Below, piece after piece: positions 18,315-26,129 of a stretch of 35,177 nucleotides of DNA. Every line of letters begins with the position of its first letter. The stretch's first letter is position 1. The notes under the pieces are model-generated. The model searched no databases. It was not told the DNA's origin and worked only from the letters and a program-made list of their open reading frames with translations. The stretch covers positions 1-35,177 of the forward strand of contig JBOFUV010000055.1 of the NCBI GenBank assembly GCA_051652765.1, given 5' to 3'. The stretch comes from Microcoleaceae cyanobacterium. Lineage in GTDB: Bacteria > Cyanobacteriota > Cyanobacteriia > Cyanobacteriales > Microcoleaceae. A program made the translations under genes and the position numbers.

Positions 18315-19256
18315 TCACCTTAGCAGCGTACCTGCTCCATGTACCTGCTCCATAAAAAATTCCTCTAGGGTTTTCCGAGCCAATTTAATTGAAATTAGCT
18401 GAGCATTCATCGGGTCTAAACTGTTGATCAGGGACTGATAATTACCTGTGACATGACCTTGCCAGAATTCGTGTTCAAATGTCACGTCGGGCATGTGCTG
18501 CTTGAGTTGCTCTGGGTCGCCGCCTTTCCCTCTAATAGCATAGGTTTCAGTCACTCCCAATAATTCATTCAAAGACCCGCTACAAATGAGTTTTCCCTGA
18601 TCTAAAAGAGCCACGCGATCACAAATTTTTTCGACATCCGACAGAACATGACTATTAAAAAATACGGTTTTTTTCTGAGCTTTAAGGGACAAAATAATCT
18701 CTCGAATTTGATACCGCCCAACCGGATCAAGTCCCGACATCGGTTCATCAAGGAAGACAATTTCTGGGTCATTAATCAGCGCTTGAGCCATCCCCACCCG
18801 TTGCACCATTCCTTTAGAATACTGACGAATTTGTTTCTGAATTGCTGTTTTTTTATCCAAACCTACCCAATCCAAAAGATCAGGAATACGTTGTGTTTGA
18901 ATAGATTTAGGAATTTGAAACAGCCCCGCAGAGAACTCTAGAAACTCCCAAGCTGTTAATCTTTGGTAAAAGTAAGGATTCTCAGGCAAGTAACCAATAA
19001 ATTGTTTGACTTGGCGATCGCCGAGAGGTTTTCCCTGAAGTGATCCGGTTCCAGAAGTTGGATGCACAATGCCTAGTAAAACTTTTAATAACGTGGTTTT
19101 CCCCGCCCCATTTCGCCCTAAAAGCCCAAAGGTTTCTCCCTGATTAACCGTTAATGTACAGCCTTTAAGAGGTTCAATGGTTTGAGTCCGCCAAAACCCA
19201 GTTCGGTAGACCTTCCCTAAATTATGGGTTTGAATCACAGGCTGAGATTCAGACAT
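18315..19256 (-). CDS. ABC transporter ATP-binding protein (likely start ATG 19256)
   Basis: Walker A GRNGAGKTT, signature YSKGM, LDEPMSGLD and NSH. Confidence 0.95.
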   Translation of the reverse strand: MSESQPVIQTHNLGKVYRTGFWRTQTIEPLKGCTLTVNQGETFGLLGRNGAGKTTLLKVLLGIVHPTSGTGSLQGKPLGDRQVKQFIGYLPENPYFYQRLTAWEFLEFSAGLFQIPKSIQTQRIPDLLDWVGLDKKTAIQKQIRQYSKGMVQRVGMAQALINDPEIVFLDEPMSGLDPVGRYQIREIILSLKAQKKTVFFNSHVLSDVEKICDRVALLDQGKLICSGSLNELLGVTETYAIRGKGGDPEQLKQHMPDVTFEHEFWQGHVTGNYQSLINSLDPMNAQLISIKLARKTLEEFFMEQVHGAGTLLR

Positions 19257-19257
19257 A

Positions 19258-20586
19258 TTAGTTTGTCCTCCCATCAGGAACAACACTTAACATCTTAACC
19301 ACTTCACGGGCAATAAAATTTGATAAAATTTCTTCTCCCTTGGGATTGTAGTGACAGCAATTATCAATATAAACAGGTTCTTTAATTGCATCAAAAACAT
19401 TAACAGCATTTAAGATATTAACTTGATTGTTTGCCAATTCCTCAAGATGTTCCAACAACAAGGGATAGCCAATTTCAATCCCCTCTTCATAAGGGCTGTC
19501 CTGAATAAATGCAATTTTTCTTTCTTCAGAGCCAAATTCTCGCTTTGTTTTAAAATATTGGTTGGGTTGTAAAACATGCAAATAGGGAATCTGATTCTGA
19601 GATAGTGTTTGATGCATTAACCTTGAAGTTTTCATCCAGTAATTCGCAGCCTGCTGATAAAACTCTCCATCTGGAATATCTGGATCTTGGGGATAGAAAA
19701 AAATCACGCTTTCTGGATTGTCATCAGCAGAGGAATCAGACTTCTCAAATCTCTGCAAATTCTGGCGATATTGCTTAACTAAAGTCTGAACTTTCAAAGC
19801 ATTCATTGCATAACAAGAAGCCAGGTTGCAATCTTTCAATGTTTCCAGAGAATGGCTCAACTGATTTTTATTTTCTTTGATATTTAACAAGGTTTTCAGA
19901 GCTTTTGTCGATAGACTATTATTGGCAAGACTTGTTAACGGTTCAACATGATAAGCACTGGGCATCGTGAAATCAAGGCCGCGTTCACGATTTAAAGTGA
20001 TCAGGGCAACTTCATTAAAACCATCTAGGTTAATCACCAGATCAAATTCTTGACCCACAGACAGCATATAGTTCAGAACCAAGAGTTGCTGGGGCTGTTT
20101 ATACCCTCCAATTGCCAACGGTAAAATCACAATTTCTCTGTTTTGAAGTCCTGGAACTTTCTGAAGTGCTTGCTCTAAAACTTTGTTCTGGATTTCATAA
20201 ATCGCATAGTTAGAGGCAACTGAACCGCCAAGAATTCCAACTATGAATTGATTTGTATTTGTTCTTTTAAAAGGGTAGTCATGAGGCGAAATAAAACCAT
20301 AGTTATTATATTCAAACCCAGGGCGAAAATCCGGGCCAGGTTTCTGTACAAATCCAAAAAAGGGATGCAACCGTTCAACAACAGTTTCTCCGAAGCGAAC
20401 CCCCTCCAGGTTAATGCCTAAATCCTGATAATCTTCTGTTTTTTGACGAGTATAAAACAACTGTTTATGCTTAACAAAATAGAACGCAAGGGAACCGAGT
20501 TCTAGAAAAGCAAATAAGAGAAGAAGGTTAATTACAGCAGTCTGTAAGCCCGACTTTGCTCTCTGAAACCACACTGATTTTTTCAT
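19258..20586 (-). CDS. membrane-anchored divergent SGNH-fold protein
   Basis: N-terminal TM; ILGGSVA (block I), GGYKQPQQL, DGFNE and YIDNCCHYNPKG (block V). Confidence 0.7.
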   Translation of the reverse strand: MKKSVWFQRAKSGLQTAVINLLLLFAFLELGSLAFYFVKHKQLFYTRQKTEDYQDLGINLEGVRFGETVVERLHPFFGFVQKPGPDFRPGFEYNNYGFISPHDYPFKRTNTNQFIVGILGGSVASNYAIYEIQNKVLEQALQKVPGLQNREIVILPLAIGGYKQPQQLLVLNYMLSVGQEFDLVINLDGFNEVALITLNRERGLDFTMPSAYHVEPLTSLANNSLSTKALKTLLNIKENKNQLSHSLETLKDCNLASCYAMNALKVQTLVKQYRQNLQRFEKSDSSADDNPESVIFFYPQDPDIPDGEFYQQAANYWMKTSRLMHQTLSQNQIPYLHVLQPNQYFKTKREFGSEERKIAFIQDSPYEEGIEIGYPLLLEHLEELANNQVNILNAVNVFDAIKEPVYIDNCCHYNPKGEEILSNFIAREVVKMLSVVPDGRTN

Positions 20587-20604
20587 GGCTTAACTCCCCC
20601 CAAT

Positions 20605-21879
20605 CTATTTGTTTGATATATCTTGAGTAGCAACTTTCTGGCAGACCTGATCCGCTAGCAACTCTCCAGCAACTTGATTCCCTGCCACATTCCAATGTCC
20701 TTCACAAGGCAAGGCATTCTCGAATCCATGTAAACATTCTCCCCGTTTTTCTGCTTGTTCAAGCAATGGTTCTGCTAATCGAAAGACTGGAATTCCTTCC
20801 TGCTTTCCAAACTCTGCAATCCGCTGATCTGGGTAAAATAAGTTTTCAATATTATACTCTTCCATAAATTCTTTTCGTTTCTTTGATTTAGGATTCACTT
20901 GATAGGAATCACTGATCGTAACAACCAGAAAGTCTACTCCTTGTGCAGTGACTTCATCTCGCATCAATTTGATTAATCCTTCTGTGACAGCCCAAGCGGT
21001 CTCCCAGTTTTCATCAGGGGGTTCTTTGTAAAAATTAGTATTAATTTCTTCATAATCTTCCTGGTATTGGCGCTGCTTTGCGGTGATTTCTGCCTGTCGA
21101 ATGAGCTGGAGAATACGCGATCGCTCCACTAGTCCTTGAGGCAATCGATCGACTTGGGCAAAGGCATAATAATCCCGTGCTTTTGGTGATAAGTTGCGAA
21201 AGGAATAATCAATCATCCATTCATCAGTTTGATGACTCGTTTGATTGCCGATTTGACTGCCGATTTGACTGCCGATTTGATTGGAGTTGTGAAGGGAAAA
21301 ATAAGGTCGCAAATGATCATGTTCTAGGGGTTTATAATTGTTGCGAATGTCATTGCCGGGATAGAATCCTAGAATCACTAAATCAGGAGAAAATTGCCAG
21401 ACATGATGCCGTAAGGTCATTAATTCTTGAGCAGTTCCATACCCTTGAACCCCAAAGTTTAACACTTCAACGTTCTGTCCTTTCAAAGCTGAACAATTGG
21501 CGAGCAATTTCTCCATCACCGCCGTTGCCGTTTGTTCTTGAGGAACATGCAGGGCTTCAATAAAAGAATCCCCTAAAACTGCGACTCGAAATGTGTTTTC
21601 TGGCTTAATCATTGTTCGTTCGCGATCGCGAAATCCAGCACTATTCATCTGAATTTCTGAGACCAATCCTTCCCCTACCCAGACTGTTTTTGCGTTAGGT
21701 TTAGGAGCCCAACCTCGGTTTGGATCTTTCACGGTGTAGGCCAGGGTTTCTGATTCTGGGTCAGGTGGCGGGGGATAGGAAACGCCAGCCAATCGCAAGC
21801 CTATTTCCCCCACAGCAATTCCGAAGCCTAGACTTCCTAACAGTAACCCTAAATTAGCAACCCAAGGCTTAAATTTCAT
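20605..21879 (-). CDS. membrane-anchored SGNH/GDSL protein (AlgX/AlgJ/SxtL-like)
   Basis: N-terminal TM; NSAGFRD, VLGDSF, NFGVQGYG, GND and EGHWNVAGN. Confidence 0.88.
   Translation of the reverse strand: MKFKPWVANLGLLLGSLGFGIAVGEIGLRLAGVSYPPPPDPESETLAYTVKDPNRGWAPKPNAKTVWVGEGLVSEIQMNSAGFRDRERTMIKPENTFRVAVLGDSFIEALHVPQEQTATAVMEKLLANCSALKGQNVEVLNFGVQGYGTAQELMTLRHHVWQFSPDLVILGFYPGNDIRNNYKPLEHDHLRPYFSLHNSNQIGSQIGSQIGNQTSHQTDEWMIDYSFRNLSPKARDYYAFAQVDRLPQGLVERSRILQLIRQAEITAKQRQYQEDYEEINTNFYKEPPDENWETAWAVTEGLIKLMRDEVTAQGVDFLVVTISDSYQVNPKSKKRKEFMEEYNIENLFYPDQRIAEFGKQEGIPVFRLAEPLLEQAEKRGECLHGFENALPCEGHWNVAGNQVAGELLADQVCQKVATQDISNK
21240..21284. repeat. in-frame 12-bp tandem repeat (NQIG/SQIG) inside the SGNH gene
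   Basis: tttgattgccga/tttgactgccga/tttgactgccga/tttgattgg. Confidence 0.9.
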
Positions 21880-21892
21880 ACGGTTATTTCAA

Positions 21893-23104
21893 TTAAAACT
21901 TTTCCACTATTTCACAAAGTTTTTGGGTAATCAATTCTCCAGCAAATTCGTGTCCCTGGGGGTTCCAATGTCCTCCACAGGGAACAGCATTAGGAAAACC
22001 GTGCAGACAGCTTTGAGTCTGTTCACTATAGCTTTGAAACGGTTTAGCTAGGTCTAGAACTGGAAAATTTTCTTGTTCGCCAACCTGTTTTAATCGTTCA
22101 TTGGAGTAGAACAAGTTGTTAATTTCATAGTCTTTCATAAAGGAGTTGCGAATTTCTGATTTGGGATGAACTTGAATCGGATCACCAATTGTCACGAGGA
22201 GAAACCGAGCCCGGTTTTGTTGAGCTTCCGTGTTCATCTCAGTGATTAATGCCTCAGTAATTTGCCAAGCCTCTTTCCACGCGGCATCCTCGGGTTCTTG
22301 AAAATTTTGAGCATTAAGCTGATTCAAGTGGTCTAAAAGATGACGTTTTCGATTTTCTAATTCTACTTTTCTGATCACTTGCAATAATCTAGAATGATTC
22401 ACCAACCCACTGGGAAGTTTGTCAACGGTTGCAATCCAGTAACGGTCACTTTGTTCACTAGTTAACTCCCGAAATGAATGGTCTAAAACCAGGGTTCCAT
22501 TCTGATCGGTAAAAAATGGGCGATAATGATTGCTTTCTAATATTTTAGAATTATCAATCACATCATTTCCAATAAAAAAAGCCAACACTATAACATCAGG
22601 ATTATAGTTCCAAACTTCTTGTCTTAATGTAATTAACTCTTGGGCTGTGCCATAGCCATCCACACCAAAATTCAGCACTTCTACAGTTTTTCCTTGAACA
22701 TTAGAACAACTTTTCAAGCGAGTTTCAATCACGGATGTGTAGTTTTGGGCCATTGAAACTTGCGAGGCCAATGTAAAGGAATCCCCCAAAACAGCAACTC
22801 GGATTGTATTTTCGGGTTTGGTTTTAGCATAGGGGCGATCGCGCCAGCCATCTTGATTGATTTCCACGTAAGATCGCCCCTCCTGTTCCCACCAGCCCTT
22901 GGCCCCAGGCAGATTTGCCCACCCCCGATCTGGATGGGAGATGGTAAAGAAAGAAGGAGAAAATAGAGCATGGGCTGTTTTAGACTGTTGCGGCAAGCCC
23001 TCTACTCCTCCTAGGCGCAGACCGATCTCGCTGATCAAAACCCCAAAACTTAAACTGCCAAGCACTAAACCAGTGTTGACGGCCCAAATTTTCACTTTGC
23101 TCAT
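21893..23104 (-). CDS. membrane-anchored SGNH/GDSL protein, paralog of the neighbouring gene
   Basis: NQDGWRD, VLGDSF, NFGVDGYG, GND and GGHWNPQGH. Confidence 0.88.
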   Translation of the reverse strand: MSKVKIWAVNTGLVLGSLSFGVLISEIGLRLGGVEGLPQQSKTAHALFSPSFFTISHPDRGWANLPGAKGWWEQEGRSYVEINQDGWRDRPYAKTKPENTIRVAVLGDSFTLASQVSMAQNYTSVIETRLKSCSNVQGKTVEVLNFGVDGYGTAQELITLRQEVWNYNPDVIVLAFFIGNDVIDNSKILESNHYRPFFTDQNGTLVLDHSFRELTSEQSDRYWIATVDKLPSGLVNHSRLLQVIRKVELENRKRHLLDHLNQLNAQNFQEPEDAAWKEAWQITEALITEMNTEAQQNRARFLLVTIGDPIQVHPKSEIRNSFMKDYEINNLFYSNERLKQVGEQENFPVLDLAKPFQSYSEQTQSCLHGFPNAVPCGGHWNPQGHEFAGELITQKLCEIVEKF

Positions 23105-23107
23105 TGA

Positions 23108-23272
23108 CTAGAACAGGGTGTAAATAAATGGCGCAATCACTGAACCTTGACTCAGGACAATCAATGCTCCTAGCAATACTAAAGTAATGATTAGAGGCAA
23201 CAACCAATACTTTTTGCGTTCCTTCATGAACGCCCACAGGTCTTTTAAAAAATCCAATGCTGCGTCAAACAT
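23108..23272 (-). CDS. SxtK-like (DUF5989) small membrane protein, 54 aa, absent from the ORF track
   Basis: Manual translation gives MFDAALDFLKDLWAFMKERKKYWLLPLIITLVLLGALIVLSQGSVIAPFIYTLF*. Its ATG overlaps the upstream TGA (TGATG). Confidence 0.92.
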   Translation of the reverse strand: MFDAALDFLKDLWAFMKERKKYWLLPLIITLVLLGALIVLSQGSVIAPFIYTLF

Positions 23273-23682
23273 CAGAACGGACGCTCCATACTTTCTCGAG
23301 GTCTAGCTTGACTCTCAACCCGGTAGGTTGTGAGGTTGGGACTGAGCTTTCGCCGCATTGCATCAGAACCAAACCAACGTTTGATCAATCCCATGGGAGC
23401 CATCATAGCGTAAAACACAACTCCCAATAGAATCCGAGTGTTGATCCAACCCAAGACAAGCCCCACCCGCATCCAGCCGTGATAAACCGGATCAAGGGTT
23501 TTGGGAATGATTAAGGCCCAAACCACCAGAACTGACCCCACCATCCAGGGCCAAGTTGGGGGAGGCCAATGGCGAAAAATCAACGGGAGTAAAAAACCAA
23601 ACAATCCAGCACAAATTGCCCCAGTGACGAGGCCAAATTCGCGCAATCCTTTTTCATCGAGCTTGGGAATATCGTGGTTCAT
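23272..23682 (-). CDS. SxtJ-family membrane protein
   Basis: LREFGL, WMRVGLVLGWINTRILLGVVFY..MAPMG, D.MRRK and MERPF. Confidence 0.88.
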   Translation of the reverse strand: MNHDIPKLDEKGLREFGLVTGAICAGLFGFLLPLIFRHWPPPTWPWMVGSVLVVWALIIPKTLDPVYHGWMRVGLVLGWINTRILLGVVFYAMMAPMGLIKRWFGSDAMRRKLSPNLTTYRVESQARPRESMERPF

Positions 23683-23716
23683 TGTCAGTTGATCTGTCAG
23701 TTAATCTGTTAGTTAA
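23683..23716. repeat. 12-bp tandem repeat TGTYAGTTRATC, about 3 copies
   Basis: Read directly, abutting the sxtJ-like start codon. Confidence 0.8.
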
Positions 23717-23760
23717 GTAGTAGGAAGTTGGGGAATTAGGGTTCACCATACTCTAATCTG

Positions 23761-25728
23761 TTAATCCAACTCAAATTCATTTTTCCAGGATTCGTCTTTT
23801 TCCCAGGGGGTTTGGTTAGTTTTTGCCAGCAAGTAATTCTCCAACACCAAGTAATCCATCTCCGTTCGCATGAAACAACGGTAGGCATCTTCTGGAGTAC
23901 AAACAATCGGTTCGCCGCGAACGTTGAAGGAGGTGTTCACAATCACCCCACAGCCCGTTTGCTGTTCAAAGTGTTGAATCAGGCTGTGATAGCGGGGATT
24001 GGTTTCCTTGTGAACGGTTTGAATCCGCGCCGAATAATCCACATGGGTAATCGCCGGAATTTCCGAACGGGGGACATTTAGCCTTTCAATCCCGAACAGA
24101 TGTTCTTGTTCCGCTGTCATCGGAATTCGCAAGTCTTGCTTGACAGGAGCCACTAGTAACATGTACGGACTGGCACTGTCCATCTCAAAGTAGTCTGAAA
24201 CCCGTTCTGCTAGAACTGATGGCGCAAACGGACGGAAGGATTCCCGATACTTAATCTTGAGGTTCATCACCGACTGCATCTGGGTGTTGCGGGGGTCGCC
24301 AATAATCGACCGTCCTCCCAAAGCGCGGGGGCCAAACTCCATCCGCCCCTGGAACCAACCAACAACGTGACCTTGGGCCAGAATTTCTGCCAGTTGAGGC
24401 ATCAATTCACTATCCTCAAGGCGAACGTATTCTGCCGCCGCCGAGTCTAAGTAGTCCTGAATTTCGGTATCTGTGAACCGTGGCCCCAGATATCCGCCGC
24501 GCATTTGATCAAGGGGGATTGAAACCGCTGGAATTGTTCGCGGCAAGGTTGCTACGGTGCTTTCTACGGTGCGTTCAGGGTCGATTCTGTCAGTGCTGAT
24601 TGCTGTAGATTGAATCAGCTCTTGTTCTGCCGCTTGAGACAAGCCTTCAATCCGACGCGGGCGATCGCAATATTGATACCAAACTGCCAACGCTGCCCCC
24701 AGGGCACCTCCCGCATCCCCCGCCGCAGGCTGAATCCAAATCTCCTGGAACGGGCCTTCCCGTAAAATGCGGCCATTGGCGACACAGTTCAGGGCAACAC
24801 CACCCGCCATACAGAGGTAATCCACCTTGAGTTCCTGCTGAACACTACGGGCCAACCGCAGGACAACTTCTTCGGTCACGACCTGAATCGAAGCGGCAAT
24901 ATCCATCTCCCGCTGGGTCAGGGAACCTTCGGCTTTCCGAGGTGGGCCGCCAAAGAGTTGATCGAACTTCTGATTTGTCATGGTCAAGCCGATGGCGTAG
25001 TTGAAATATTCCATATTCAACCGGAAGGTGCCATCATCTTTCAGGTCAATGAGATGAGTCAGAATTGTGTCAACGTACTTCGGTTCCCCGTAGGGCGCTA
25101 GGCCCATCAGTTTGTATTCTCCAGAGTTGACCTTGAACCCGGTGTAGTAGGTAAAGGCTGAATACAGCAAACCGAGGGAATGGGGAAAGTCAATTTCCCA
25201 AACAGGGGTTAACGAGTTCCCCTCCCCTAACCAAACTGTAGTAGTGGCCCATTCACCGACCCCATCCAAACACATCACTGCCGCTCGCTCAAATGGGCTG
25301 GGAAAGAAAGCAGAGGCCGCGTGGGACTGATGATGTTCGGTAAACATCAATTTTGGGAGCTTTGACTTTTTCACCCCCAACAGTTGGGATAATTCCCGTT
25401 TTAATACTGTTTTAAGATAAAGCTTTTCCTTCAACCAAATAGGCATGGCTGCCATGAACGAGCGAAATCCCCGTGGCGCGTAGCTGAGATAGGTTTCGAG
25501 CAACCGTTCAAATTTCACCAATGGCTTGTCGTAAAAGACAATGTAATCCAGGTCAAGCAGGGTAATGCCTGCTTCCTGAAAACAGTAGCGAATGGCATTG
25601 GCGGGAAAACGAGCATCATGTTTTTTGCGGGAAAATCGCTCTTCTTGAGCCGCAGCAATAATTGCCCCATCCTGAACCAGAGCAGCAGCACTGTCATGGT
25701 AGTAGGCTGAAATTCCAAGTATATTCAT
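23761..25728 (-). CDS. O-carbamoyltransferase, NodU/CmcH/TobZ family (SxtI-like)
   Basis: HDSAAAL, EERFSRKKH, EHHQSHAASAF, DGVGE, EYKLMGLAPYG, GGVALNC, EFGPRALG, RESFRPFAPS and NTSFN. Confidence 0.96.
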   Translation of the reverse strand: MNILGISAYYHDSAAALVQDGAIIAAAQEERFSRKKHDARFPANAIRYCFQEAGITLLDLDYIVFYDKPLVKFERLLETYLSYAPRGFRSFMAAMPIWLKEKLYLKTVLKRELSQLLGVKKSKLPKLMFTEHHQSHAASAFFPSPFERAAVMCLDGVGEWATTTVWLGEGNSLTPVWEIDFPHSLGLLYSAFTYYTGFKVNSGEYKLMGLAPYGEPKYVDTILTHLIDLKDDGTFRLNMEYFNYAIGLTMTNQKFDQLFGGPPRKAEGSLTQREMDIAASIQVVTEEVVLRLARSVQQELKVDYLCMAGGVALNCVANGRILREGPFQEIWIQPAAGDAGGALGAALAVWYQYCDRPRRIEGLSQAAEQELIQSTAISTDRIDPERTVESTVATLPRTIPAVSIPLDQMRGGYLGPRFTDTEIQDYLDSAAAEYVRLEDSELMPQLAEILAQGHVVGWFQGRMEFGPRALGGRSIIGDPRNTQMQSVMNLKIKYRESFRPFAPSVLAERVSDYFEMDSASPYMLLVAPVKQDLRIPMTAEQEHLFGIERLNVPRSEIPAITHVDYSARIQTVHKETNPRYHSLIQHFEQQTGCGVIVNTSFNVRGEPIVCTPEDAYRCFMRTEMDYLVLENYLLAKTNQTPWEKDESWKNEFELD

Positions 25729-26129
25729 GCACGTCTCCTCACGAAATGCCCAGTCCGCTAGGCGAAATTGTTAAAAATATCTTCAGATTATAACGGAATC
25801 GTTGCAACTACTGCTTTATAAAATGTACACAATCTATTGCAGAGCAACATTTTGATCTGGACTTCCTGCATTTTCTCGGACTGTTGACAGACCCAATTAG
25901 ATGGGCTTTACACCGTAGAGTTAAGGCTTTGCTTGAATGCAAAACGCTCTTGAAGTGTTGCGAGTTTCCTAGCTAAATTTAGTTTTTGCGGCTGAGGACA
26001 TCGCCATAAATCATGCTGTGAATCAGATTTAATCCTGTTTAAAAAGCCCAGAGAGTAACCCGCGTTTTGCTCAAAAGGTTTAGGATACAAGGAAAGACTT
26101 TATTTCTGGCAAGACAACTATATCTATAT

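Noticed and set aside
22980..23237. 85-aa minus-strand ORF
   Set aside because: Wrong frame; the real gene is the 54-aa SxtK-like ORF at 23108-23272.
24511..24660. Intein in the carbamoyltransferase
   Set aside because: Too short, and lacks the Cys/Ser start and His-Asn end motifs.
19258..25728. Saxitoxin biosynthesis cluster
   Set aside because: Only sxtI/J/K/L-like genes are present. No sxtA, sxtG, sxtB or sxtH-type core genes occur in the window, so it is not evidence of toxin production.
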